NCBI GenBank assembly: GCA_020536535.1 | Contig: JAHLWZ010000860.1 | Span: 1 to 64,000 of the forward strand | Length of the DNA stretch: 64,000 nucleotides | DNA from: Pelomyxa schiedti | Taxonomy: Eukaryota; Protista; Evosea | Direction: 5' to 3' | Part shown: positions 49,497 through 62,190 of the stretch, piece by piece | Position numbering within the stretch: the stretch's first letter is position 1 | How the letters are laid out: each line of letters opens with the position of its first letter | Made by a program: the position numbers and the translations under genes | Notes under the pieces: model-generated | Databases searched by the model: none | What the model was told of the DNA's origin: nothing | The model's input: the letters and a program-made list of their open reading frames with translations, nothing else

Positions 49497-52400
49497 TCAG
49501 GGCTTATAGGTGTTGATGAAGTCGTGGATGTCTGTGGCTCCCAGAAGCTCGGCTGTTTTCAGATTGAAAGTGTGACCATGACACAACATGTGCAATTCCA
49601 AGGCGGTGACCTGCAGCGATCCGGCTCTGGTTCTGAGGGTTCTGTCAGCACCTCCGGCAATCAACACAGCCACCATTGTTGACCGCGAAGCCCTCTGCGC
49701 GGCGAGGTGCAGCGCAGTGAATCCATTGTCATTGTACTGGTTCACAAACCCCGCATCGCCACCGGTATATTTGAGGATGAACTCGAGATGTTTGGAGCTG
49801 CAGAAAAGCGCCGCAAGATGAAGCAGTGTGTTGCCGCAGACGGCTGGTTGCCTGATCGCGGCTTGTTTGGCTGGTCCCGAGTTGTAGTCTTTCTTAAGCA
49901 GCTTGCTGAAGTATAGCGTGGTGCCGAAAACGAGGTTGTAGTGCAGAGTGTGTGTTCCAGCATCGATGGTGGCCTGCGATTCGGCGCCTTTTTGGAGGAG
50001 ACATTGTGCAACGTCTTGATTCCCGGAAGCAAGAGCTTGGTCGAGAGGAGTGTTGCCGAGAGCGTTCTTTTTGTTGATGTTCTGTCTGTAGATGCCCATT
50101 TCGTCCAATTTGTCACAGAGGAATCTGACGAGAAGAAGATTCCCACTGTGACAAGCTGCATGCAAGGCAGTGCCCAAAACACTTTCTTCTTCCAGTTTGG
50201 AGCCTGCACCGAGAAGCCATTCAACCATCGGCTGACTTCCCTTTCTCGCACTCCAAAGCAGCGCTGTTGTTCCATCTGGCCGCGGGGGGAAGGGGGATCT
50301 CAGTCAGAAACAACCAACCCAGACAAGGAGAAGTGTTTGTGGTGGTGGTGGCTTGTGGTTTTGTGGTTTTGTGGTGGCGGAACACACACCTTTTGCAGTT
50401 TGAGATACGGACAGCTCCTGCGGGCTCTGGGTGAGCCACAGCACTGCTTCGATGTTTCCACTGTATGCTGCAAAAGAGAGGACGGAATTTCCCCTCGCAT
50501 CAGTTTCTGCAACTTGTGCGCCCTGCTCCACAAGCCACTTCATGACCTTCAAGTTCCCACCCATTGCAGCGTACATCAGAGTCGTGAGTCCATCTTTGTG
50601 GGTGATTATTTTAGTTAGGTTCCCAAACAAGAAGGTAGCGTGGGAGACATACAGGGTTTTGATTTTCCAAGAACAGGCACTCCACTTGTTTTCATCTTGT
50701 TCAAGAGTTCAACTTGGCCACAGCCAGCTGCGAGCATGATGCAGTTGCACCCATATATGTTGGTATCTGTCATGGGTGCATGCATTTCATCCAACAACCA
50801 CTGAACAATATCCATGTGGCGGGAGGACAAAGCAGTCATCAGAACCGTGCTATCTCTGTTGTCCCTTTCTGAGACTCCAGCACCATTAGTCAGCAGCCAT
50901 GACAGAGAAGATAGGTTCCCAGTAAATGCGGCAACCAGAATTGGTGTGGCTCCATCTTCTGCAGAAGATTTTAAAAGTTACCTTATAATGCAGGAAATAC
51001 CTTTTGTGCCATCAGTGATGGGCACCTTTTGCTTCTTCAACCATTCAAGGACATGGACATGTCCCCCTCCCGCTGCCTGGTGTGCTGCTTTCTCTCCTGT
51101 ACTGTTTGCTTGCAGTATTTCGGCTCCTTCATTGACTAACCACTTCATCACATTCAAGTGGCCCCTTTGTGAAGCATAAAGAAATGCAGTGTTCCCGACA
51201 TCATTACTTTCTTTGAGATATTCCCATTTAGGAAGGGAAGATTTGGAAATAAGCCACTGGATCATCTTCAGATTTCCACTCCGTGCTGCCAGTAAAAGTG
51301 GTGTGTTGCCGTCTACAAAATGGGTTATTCATGCTCCATCACAACTCCTACATACTTCTCTTGCATGATTCTTCTAGTGATGCTCCCTTTGTGTGTAAAA
51401 GGTTCATGATTGGAAGGTTGCCCAGATCGGCCGCCAGAACCAAGGGTGTTTGGGACAAGTTATCTCTTTCGTGAACACCTGCACCATTGTCTAAAAAATA
51501 TGTCACTGCTTCCAGATGGGGTAAACTAAGCATCAGTGCAGTTTTTCCATCTGACAGAGTGTGAAAATAACGAATTTAACGATGAAATGGCGGTAGGTAC
51601 CACTGGCTTTGGTTGTCAGTACAGCTCCTTTGATGTGAAGATACTTAATCGTAGCAACACTTCCTCCTGCAGCGGCATGCAGCAATGCGGTTCGGTTCCA
51701 GGAATCTTTTTCTTCAATGTTGCAGGATTTCTCTTCCGTGAGCCACCTCACAACGTTCAGTTGCCCTTTCCACGCTGCACACATCAAAGCTGTGACATTG
51801 AGGTTGTCTCTCTCTTCCAGTGTCGATCCATGCAAAAGAAGCCACTTGACCATTTCAAGCTGTCCAGCAGCACATGCAAGAAGGAGTGCTGTTTTTCCAT
51901 CTGTGTAATACGGTAATTAAGTGCGCAAAGTTAGTGAACAATGGGTGAGTACCATGAGCCCGGACTGAAGTTGAGGCTCCCCTCTTGACAAGTAACTCCA
52001 CAGTGGTCTGGTGCCCACCACACACTGCATGCGAGATGGCAGTTGCTCCGAAGTTGTCAACATCATCCACAGAATAGCCATTGTCCAGCAAAACCCGCAC
52101 AACGTGAAAGTGACCGTTCTTGGCAGCCAGTAGTAATGCTGTGCAACCACTCTCGTCCCTTGGGTGTTTTTGCCCTGGTTTCTCGAAGCTGTGCATTAAA
52201 CAGTTCACATCTTTCAGATTACCGATCTCTGCTGCCTTGAGGATGGCATGATTGGGTTCAAGATCCGTCAAGAGACTTGAGGATACGTGCCGAATAATTG
52301 TGCGCACAAATTCCATTGAAGTGTTATACCTGTTTGCCAAGCTGTAATTTCCAGAAATGGCAGCCCTTTTAATCTCTGAAAAATTTTTATGGTGTGTGCT

Positions 52401-54619
52401 GACTTGCAGTGTGTTACTTGTGCCCCGAAATGAAAAAATTACATTGAAGGCACGTGAGCATTCAATGTGCAACTCTTGGAGTGATTCAATTGGAACACTC
52501 ATCCTGAGATATTGAAGTCCGTCACAGTTTGTTATATTGACAGAATTCAACGCAGGACACTGGTGGAGTAGATTGACTTCTTTGAGAGATTGGCACTGTT
52601 CAATTGTTATTGTCTGCAGACGCATATATGGGCGAGGCAAAGAACACTCAGAAACACACGATGAAATAACGGTAACTTTTACAACATGAGGATTAATGGC
52701 CAGTATTTTAGTGAGAGGTATCTCTGCCGTGTAGTTCCTCAGTTCCAGACTTGATTCTGTGCTTCGCTTCCCAGAGATACCATTCAGAACATTTTGCTGA
52801 ACCACTGGTGAAGTTTCTTGCCAAACAAGTTTGTTGGCGATTTTGAATTTTAAACCACCATGTAGTTTCTCAAAAATATCTGCATTTCCTTGGACAATCA
52901 AATCTTTAATGAGAGAAAGGTTCCGGGAGTCTCTTTCAACTTCATGCAACAACATATTTCCATCCCTGAGGCTTGTCTCCCCGCCAAGTGACATGAGAGA
53001 AGTTCCCCCAGGTTTATCAAGTGGTGAACGAGAAGAAAGCACTGAGCGAGTGGAAACACTGCTACTGTTGCCACGATAATATTTGTTTTGGATCCTCTGG
53101 AATCTTGGTTGAGTGGAGCCCACATCATAGTGAAGGTCAATGTAAAACTTCGCAACAGATTCTGGCATGACGGACTCTAAAAGTTGCAGACCAGACAAAG
53201 GGGGACCTGCCATTCTCATGGTCGTTTGTAATGAGGACATTGATATGAACAGATCATCAATTAAACCAGGAGGGAGATAGAACAAGGCCAGACAGCCTCT
53301 TTGGTAATAACTCTGTGCTTCTTCTTTCACTGGGAGTTCAGTTACAATGGGGCTGGCCCACTCCTTAATTTCTTCTGGAGTAATTTTCAATGTTTTCCAC
53401 ACTTCATGAATATTGTACAAATCTTTCATCCAATCTTTCATGAGTGCCATTGGATTCAGGAGGAGAAACTCCTCTGCTGCTGTGGAGTCGATATAATTTG
53501 CTATTTGGGAGAGGCAGAAGATCACACTTTTCACCATCATCATTTTTTTGGTTTTGAAAAATAATCCCCCATCTTTAACAACGACTTCAGGAGGACTGAA
53601 AGCTCTGTCATTGTCAATCCCAACAAGTTTTCCTGTTCTCTCCTCAAAAATAAAGTTGTTTGGCTTCCCATCTTCTGGCATTGTGATGAGTTCCATAATT
53701 AACAACTTAGTGAACAGTTGGCTTGGAAAAATGTGCTCGCCACTAGAGTTCGAAAGATAAGAGTCAAATGTGGGACCTTGAATTTTCTCTGATATCAAAA
53801 CTGGGTAAACTTCCTCATTGGATGTTGTGTGCTCCTTTCGAATTGTCAGTTTGCCAAAGACTGATTTTGCTGTTCCAAATCCAATGATGCGATCATGCAA
53901 CAACGAGACTGCTTGTTCATACGCTGGAATTTCAGGAAAAAACTTGAAGTAAAACACCTGGTCCTCAATGTCCACATCTTTCACAAGGTGATTGTGAGAT
54001 TTGTTGCGCACAATGTGTGTGAGTTCTTCAGCGATTTGATCAAGCTTAAGGCGAATCACAACTTTGGGATGAATGTCTCTTGCAACACCACCTGACAAAC
54101 CAGCCAGAGCAAGTGTGTATTTATTTCCTCCTGATGATGTTTCTGATGCCTGAAATAGAAGACGAAGCTTTTCTTCAAAGTGCACCCTTTCTTCGAAAGG
54201 GCCTGGCCTGAAACCATTGGGACTCGGAAACGATGACAAAACAGCTTGTGCCTTGTCCAGAGCCACCTTCATTGCCTTGTTTGTGGCTACCCTTTTACAT
54301 TTGACCCAAAATTTCACTTTGATGCGATGGGGAAAGGCACCATAAAAGTGTTTCAGAGGAATGACATGAGGAGAATCAGATTCAACAGCACCACCGTCAC
54401 TCAGAGAATCAAGAAAAACTTCGGCCAAGATCGGCAAAAATTTGAATTCACCTGATGGTATCAGGTCATAATCTGACTTGTTCAAGTGCTTGCATGTTTT
54501 CAGCTGTTCCAAGAACAGGTTGAAAGATGCCAAACTGTGAAGAATTACCGAATTTGGAGGCAACCATGATGGGAGATCCTTTGCAGTGGAAGTTACAGTT
54601 GCAGGGGCAGGGGCAGGGG

Positions 54620-54653
<34 letters not shown>

Positions 54654-57526
54654 TGCAGTTGCAGTTGCCCCATTTTGGTGCAACTTGAAAGAAGACAACC
54701 ACTCTTTCCATCTCTTTTTCAGTTGTGTGAACTGAAAATCACTTTCAGAGGACAAGTTGTACCGACAGAGTCCATCAACCATGCTTTCAATCTCCGAGAC
54801 ATCTTGGGCAAGAAAATCGAGGTGGAATTGGTTCACAGGGGAGAAGTCAGGCTCTGGAGATGTCTCCATCATTTTTGACATTTTGTCGATTGCGGCTTCC
54901 ATTGATTTGTCTAAGAGCCCACGGATATAACACACTGCCCCATATTGTATCGGGAAGAAGTATTTCATCTTTACAACAGTGTTCATTGCTTCCTCGATGA
55001 TCGGCGGTTGTTCATGGGAAAAAGAGGAACGGGGAATGGGATCGTCTGAAAACGGTGGAATTTTGGGGTTTTTGGCGAGAGAAACCTGAATCTCCAAAAG
55101 TTGTTGAAGGTGGCTTTGACACGATTGCAACAGAATCCAGGGGAAAGCAGAGCCTGCGGTGCCTGCCATGCTCTCGAATTTCTTCTTGTTTTGAAGGATA
55201 TTGGTGAACAGATCCAGAGGGTGTGAAATATCTTCGAGGATGGGAAAGAAGAACAGTTTCAAGCTGCTTGCCAGAGTGAGGAACAGGTTGCAGAGAGCTT
55301 TCAGGTACACGACTGCCGCTGGTGCTGCTGTTGCTGAGGCTGCGGGAGGATCACCAACCCGATTTTGTGTTGTGATGGACAGTGCACTGTCGTTCATGCC
55401 CCTCAGAGTGGACACATAAATCGAAAGTGCAATCAATTGGTGTCGTTTCAGTTGCTCCTGGAATGGTGGCCTTAGTTTTTCTTTGGGAATGTATTTGCTC
55501 ATGAACATGTCCCATTGTTGGTGTGATGATTTTTCTTGTAAGAACTCTTCACAGTGTCGAGAATACAACTTAAAAATGGAACTCGGTTGGGGACAAAGGG
55601 GAGCCACAGTGCAGTACCATTGCCAAGTTTGAGAAATGTGGTCGAGATTGCCTGGTGTTGAAGCTACGCGCTCGAGCAAAGTGGATGCCAACAAACACTC
55701 GGTAACAGTGATTTTCGGTGTTGCTTGGAGAGAGAGACCAGGGCATTTTAGAGCCAAGTGATGAGCAGCACAACTGGTGAAACTTAAGAACAGTCCTTGC
55801 AGAAGAATCAGGAATTTTTCCACCCACAGGTCTTTCTCTTCACTTTCTGCAGCATCAATGTCGTAAACAATGATTGTTTCAACTGGATTCAACAACATGT
55901 TGCATTTTGACCACCCAACGTTTCCTTTGCTGCAAAGTACAACTGAGCAAGGAGAGAACCTGACACCCAAAAGAGACTCACTGTGATTAAATAGAGTGTC
56001 CAGAAGTTGATTGAGCGAAGACACAAATTCTTTGTCACTTGAGGAAGTTGGAGAATCCAGTAAACGTTGTTGGTACGGCCAAAACTTGTTAGCCAATTCA
56101 TAGACAGTGAATAAGTTGGTATCACTTTTACAGCAACATGAAGGAGGCGGAGACTTGACAATAGTATTTGCACCCTCCAACACTGTAACCAAATTTTTTT
56201 GGGAGATGCTGGTCTTACAATCGTCTTGTGCTAATCTCTTTACAATCAAAGAACACTGAGCAAGAAGGAGAAATCGCTGAAACCATCCAACTGATGACAA
56301 GTCCTGGTGTGAACCTTTGTTAAACATCTCCAGCAAATCTGTTGTCGGCATTGAAGCCCATTTCTCTTTGAAGAGCAGGTAAAAGTCGTTAACGATTGGG
56401 AAAACTTGAATTCTAACCCGCTTTTCCAGATGCATAACTTGACACATGAAACAGTTGAGAAGCTTTGTGTAATGGGTGCTGGCTGCATGTTCGGTCAGGA
56501 TGGGATTTGCATTGGCATAAATAAAAATGGCACAAAGCAGATCGCGAGCACAGAAAGTGTCCACAATGGAGGGATCATTTGTGCTCCTTACCTCATTCAA
56601 GGTCTGCTGAATCCTCCCCTCAAAATATCTGATCGTGTTTGGCAATTGTTTCCAGTGAACTGGAGTCACACGTGAATCACAATAATCTATGGACGCCATG
56701 TCCAGCTCCTGATGTGCAACCCAACCCTCAACAATTTTGTTGATCTTCCTTTGGAGGCATGTGAGGTGTTGGTGAAGCGATGAAAAAAGAAGATCCCCTT
56801 GAAGATCAATTTGTGGTTGCATTGCAGCAAGGCAACCGGAAAACTGTTGGGCAGTGCCACCGATTGCTGAGAGTCTGTTTTGGTGGATGTGGCTGACGAT
56901 GCTGGCATAAACAACATCTAGAACCGGCAGAATATACTCAAACGAGCAAGCTTCATCTTCGTTGAGAACACATGCAAGCAGATGATTGGTGTCAGCTGAA
57001 GAAAGAAAGAAAAAAAAAAAAGAGGGAAAAGTGAGAAGTTGTGGGAGTTTGACTCTTGCTCTTACTTGTTTGTTTTTGAAGCAATGCCATGTGCTCCCCC
57101 TGCTCTTTACTCAGGGGTGGTGGAATTGGAGTCGGAGCAGTATCCACACAGTCAGGTGACCGTGAAGGTGGCGGTGGTGACGTGGCGGTCTTCGGGATTG
57201 GAGGGAGTGGCTTTACAGGAGGGCGAGACGGTTGTATGTCCTCTCTCTTTCCAGTTATACTGGTGCTAGTACTGGCACTAGCAGTATCACTAATAGTAGT
57301 ATCTGGACTTGTTGTTGTTGACGCTGTTGCTTCCGTTGCTGTTGCTGTTTTATTTACAATTCTTGGCGTTGGATTCTGTACCGTTGGTGGCGGCATTTGA
57401 ACATCAGGTTGTTGCCTAAGTTTTGGGGCTTTGAACACATAATGCACTGGTGGCATCAGGTCAGCTGCTCCCCCAGTGGTCACGCCCCCTGGTTGACTTG
57501 CAACTGCCTGCTTTGGCTGCTGCGCT

Positions 57527-57615
<89 letters not shown>

Positions 57616-58137
57616 TTGTGCTTGTGCTTGTGCTTGTGCTTGTCGGGATGGAGGGAAGACCAGTGGCTGGAACATTGGAGAAGCAACATATGCCGGGTTT
57701 TGCTGTGGCTGTATATTCCCGCCCAGCGGTTGGATGACTGGGCGAGGGAACGCCGGAGGTGGAGGCAGTATATTCGCCGCCGATGGTTGTTGGTTATGCT
57801 GCGGGGGGAGAACACTGGGCTGGGGGTCCATCATTTGGCGCGGGAACAAGGTCGTCGGCGCAGGGAGCACGCCCGGCGGCGGCGGCGGCGTCGCCCGAGG
57901 CGGCACGAAGCGGGACGACGGCGGCGGCGGCAGCGGTGGCTGCGGGGGCGGCGGCCCCGGGCCCACCTGGTGGACACCACCCATGTGGTTCGGCTCCACC
58001 GCGACGACCGCGTAAGATGCGGGCGGAGGCCCACGCGGAGGCGGCATCGCCACGGGCACGACCGGGGGGTCGTAAGTGCGTGGCCTCCCTTGGTTAGATA
58101 ACCATGGTTGTGGGATTGGTGAACCCAAGGGGTCCAT
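49497..58137 (-). CDS. Giant multidomain protein, copy B, a direct-repeat paralogue of 35872-44588
   Basis: Same domain order, kinase motifs (PEDGKPNNFI, IDNDRAF) and ankyrin intron positions, offset ~13.5 kb. The N-terminal Pro-rich exon is diverged and carries an (AQ)n tract. Confidence 0.85.
57528..57641 (-). repeat. Hexamer microsatellite encoding an Ala-Gln dipeptide tract
   Basis: 14 x GTGCCT followed by 5 x GTGCTT on the + strand, within exon 1 of copy B. Confidence 0.95.
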
Positions 58138-58302
58138 GTATGACCGGATTTTTTTTTTTTTTTTTTTTTTTTGATGTAGTTTTATGTTTCTCCGACCAAT
58201 TTGATGTGTTGTTTCTTGTGAAAAATTGGTGGACTGTAGCTAGACCAATCATGCAGATTGCTTTTCTACTCCTGTTATTTTGTACTTTTGTTTATTGATA
58301 CA

Positions 58303-60101
58303 TCAGCTGGGCCCGTAAATGATCAGTGTTGGCTGCTTGGGGTCTGGGTGGATAAAAGGGCGGGCACCGGGGTTTTCCGGCGGTAGTTGCACATAACCAT
58401 TAGCATTAGTTCGACATCTGCGGTAAGTGTAAACAGCAAGAAGTGTGAATAACACCGTCAGGAGAATAGTTCCAGCGATGGAAGGAGCAGCAATTGCCCA
58501 GTTGATTCCTGTGTCGGGGGTAGAAAGTGAAAGAGACATAAGGCCTTGTGCGGAGGATGGCATTTCTGAGTCTCCCATTCTCAGGTTCTCTTTCCCTAAG
58601 GTGTCTTGATCTCTCCATTCAAGTTTACAGATTCCAACAAGAGAAATCACAACACCGTTTGGAGACTTAAAAAGGCTTGACGCAAAGGTTATCCTATCAA
58701 TTGGTGAGTGAGTACCCTTTACTCTGAAAAGGAAACAACACCAGAATTCGTTCAGAAGAGGTCCGAGACTCACATTTACAGGAGAGAATCTGGAGTCATG
58801 TTGTACATCCGAAAAGTTATTTAGAAGGCTTCCGGCCCAGTCATATGCCAACAAGTTGGTAACGCAACTACAGTTGCCTCCGGGAACTTGGCCGCCTTCA
58901 ACGGAAATCTGTTCACGAACTCGCACACCTGGTGGAAGCATTAATTATTGGGAAATGCAATTTCAGGATTGGCGCACTTTCACCAGACATAAATGAAAGG
59001 TCAACTGCACCGTTTTCGTTATAAGTGATTATAGACAACGCAGCTGATGAATACTGGTACTCCATGGCACAGCTTGGAACTGCAACGAGTATGTCACTAA
59101 GGAAGAACGGATTGTCCTTGAGCATATCGGAGTCACAGGACGAATCAGAATTATTGCAGCTGAGATAGAACTTGATAGTAAAGTTGCCAAAGCAGTAGCA
59201 ATCTAATTTTGAAAACTTAAGAAACAAATATTGGCAAGGTTGGCGTTCACCTCCTTTCGGAATTGATGTCAAAAGCACAAAGGCGGACGAGTAAGAATGT
59301 GGAATACATTCAATTTCAGTTGTGAGAACAGTAGCAGCATACTGTGATGAAGGGATTGCTTCTGGCTTCGGTTCAACAGCAGTGACACAATAAGGGGGAG
59401 TGACTTGAATCAGGACATTGGCGATAATGGTGGTCCCAGAAACGCCTGATGTACCATAAACTGCAGCACCCAATGCCATAGGAGTGACAATATATCCAAT
59501 TACAGAAGAATTGGCCCTTGTTGGAATCAAAGTGGTCTACATATTTTTAGTTCTCTCCTTGGTCTGTAAAGAACGAACACACAGTTTGAAATTCGGCATT
59601 GACAGCCGTGTAGTAGTCCTCCTTATCCGGCAAAACTCCGGTCCACAAATCCACAGAAGTATCAATAACAACAGTGAGCAGGGAGTCCCCAGTCTCAGTA
59701 ACAGATGCAGTTCCACATCGGGCCTCGTACTCCCCCAGGTCAAACAGCTTAGTCACGTTCATCTCACAAGGGTCTGAGGACCCACCAAGTTGGGCGACGT
59801 TCCAGCCATTGGGATCGGAATTGGAGAAGTCACAGGGGGTGGAAGTGTCATTTTTCTGAAAACGCAGGGCGCCCAGGGAGTAACTGTGGACCTCCACCAA
59901 GAGGTTCTGTCCCACAATCAGCGTCTGGAGTGTCCGCTTGTTTGCGCTATAAAAGTTGCCGTACCCAACGTAGGTGCACGTTGAGTCGCTGCCTGCTGCC
60001 AAGAACAGACAACATAATGAGGCTAATAATAAAACAACACCAGATGAGGCCACCATGGCTTCACGTCCGCGGCCGTAGTTCCGCGTATTTCCAGTTGCCA
60101 A
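58303..60101 (-). CDS. Type I membrane / cell-surface glycoprotein with a Cys- and beta-strand-rich ectodomain
   Basis: Signal-like GVVLLLASLCCLFLAAG, three exons (in-frame intron ~58929-58983), TM IAAPSIAGTILLTVLFTLLAVYTY and a short tail containing YVQL. Confidence 0.75.
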
Positions 60102-60216
60102 CTTCGGCTTTTTGTTCCTTTTGTTTTGGGGTACGAAAACAAGTTGAAACGTGTTGCGCTGGTTTTCGCCGTTATTTTTTGGGATTTTGGTGGTGGATTT
60201 GGGTTGTTACTGTCAG

Positions 60217-61092
60217 TCACTTCTTGGGGTATTTGAGGGGGTTTAAGTTGCAGAGAATGGAGTAGGCCTTTTGAGAGTACGCAGTGAACCCGTTGGTGCC
60301 AATAATGTCAGCTTCTACTTTGTTGCACTGCTCAATAACTTGCTTGACAAGACCGGGATCAGTGATCCTCTTGATTGCCCTAATGAGTGGAATGAATAAT
60401 AAAGACAAGAGGGGGATTGTGGATACTCTGGAAACATTTGCTGCTCCTCTTTTCTCACATGTGGTCCCATAAGCGAAAGATATGCTGTTGATGCCTGTAT
60501 GATGGCCTCGCATATGGTCTTGCAACTCGTCCATGTAGCAGTACCAGCTTTTTCCAGTGCCATAGCATTTTGTGTAATATTTGAGACCAGTGACCTACAA
60601 AAAAACAGAGAAATTACTTCAGATTCTAGCTTTCAGTCATGAATTGGTGCATGTCGCATCCCAAAACAAAAACAAGCCCACAATAGCAAAAGAGCAACCT
60701 CGCTTCGCCATGTTCCGGCAGCAAAAACCCCAACGCCGGCGACGTAGGATCTACTCCAGCAGCGACCATTGCTCCCCTCAGAATGACCTCCTCCTTGTAG
60801 TGATGACACCTGTCCAGGAACACATAGAGCGCGTCACACACCTCCCTGGCCATGCCTCCCACAATCCCGGGACTGGGGTAGTCCCCCGCCCCTCCTCCCG
60901 CTTCTTCGTTGAGCTGTTTGGTGATCACATCGTTTGCCGCCCTGAGGCATGCCCAATACGTGGCCCCGACCCGGTGTTCTTGAACCAGCTTGGCAACAAC
61001 TCCTTGCATGCTTGATTATGGGATACAGTATCGACTTCCACTTGTTACGTGTGGCCACCCTGCCACTTTTTGGTTGCGTAACAGGTGGTCAT
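60217..61092 (-). CDS. Hemerythrin-like (HHE cation-binding) di-iron protein
   Basis: LVQEHRV, FLDRCHHYKEE, LLPEHGEAR and HVRKEEQQMFP across spliced exons. The start at 61092 depends on a 38-nt intron, with ATG 61009 as the alternative. Confidence 0.85.
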
Positions 61093-61271
61093 CGGTGAGT
61101 AGCCCGAAAAAACCGGTTCGCCAACGAAAACAAACAAAAAAAAAATAATAATATTATTCCATTCTTTGGGAATCAACTGGAGTCTGTTCTCATATTTACT
61201 ACATTATAGGCGTACTGCTTATACATCGTTACAATCTACACAAGAGTTAGAGGCATAGTTTGTGAGTGTTC

Positions 61272-61892
61272 TCAGTGGTTGTTTTCTGTGTTGATCTTTT
61301 TTTCTTTTTCCTTGAACTGTTTTCCGTATGGGCTGTGGTGCCACGACACGGCTCTTTGCTTTTTTATTTTTTCTTTGATTGTTTGCGCATTTCTTTTGTC
61401 TGTCCTCGAGTACAAATCACAACAGGGAGGAGGAGAAGAAGAAACGAACAGCACCTGCTGGAGATTGTACGACAGCTCAGGCAGCAGCACCGTATTCGTC
61501 GAAACGGCCTCCGGGGTCGACAGCCTGTAGTTGGCCCGCAGCGCCGCGAGCACCACGTCGTTCCGGGCCAGCAGCTGGTCGGCCAACTTGGTCACCTCAG
61601 ACAGCGGGGGGTTGAGCGGCAGCGCGACGGGGGCGACCACGGGCGGCAGCTGTATCGAGGCCATCTGCTGCGGCGCGGGCGGCATGGCCACGGGCGCGGG
61701 CGGCATGGCCACGGTTATGGGAATTGGAGTAGGAAGGCCGGGGGTGCACGTGGCCGTGGCCGTGGCCGCGGTCGCCGCGAGCGGGGGCATGGGCATCGGC
61801 GATGATGGGACGGACGACTGCGTTGCGATGATCATGCTGGGTGTCTTGATCATCATTGGGGGCGGTGACATCGAGTGGGGGAGATGGGACAT
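61272..61892 (-). CDS. Hypothetical Pro/Met/Ala-rich protein with a short helical C-terminal domain
   Basis: GC-rich ORF from ATG 61892, probably with an intron after LSYNLQQ (~61450). True 3' end uncertain. Confidence 0.5.
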   Translation of the reverse strand: MSHLPHSMSPPPMMIKTPSMIIATQSSVPSSPMPMPPLAATAATATATCTPGLPTPIPITVAMPPAPVAMPPAPQQMASIQLPPVVAPVALPLNPPLSEVTKLADQLLARNDVVLAALRANYRLSTPEAVSTNTVLLPELSYNLQQVLFVSSSPPPCCDLYSRTDKRNAQTIKEKIKKQRAVSWHHSPYGKQFKEKEKKINTENNH

Positions 61893-62190
61893 TTGTTTTG
61901 TTGTTTGTTTTGTTTGGGGTGTGGATGGATGCAGAGGACGTATTGTGTATGAGTCAGAAACGGTGTGTTGTTATGCTTCCCGTACAAATTCCCCTGGCCT
62001 GGGGTACCGGTAGCGCGTCACCTCGTACAAATAATAAGTTTTTGATTGCCAAGACAGTGTTGATCAAGTCAAGAGGGGCCCCTTCACAGAAGTGTCAAAA
62101 AAGAACAACCGCATGGTAAAGGGTCTCTCGGGAGACAGCATTTGTTGATTAATCTTCGTTTATTCTTGAAGGAACAGGAGATCTGTCACG

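Noticed and set aside
35872-58137. Possibility that the duplicated block is a mobile element or viral insertion
   Set aside because: No transposase, integrase, RT, capsid gene or terminal repeats were seen, and both copies contain ordinary spliceosomal introns.
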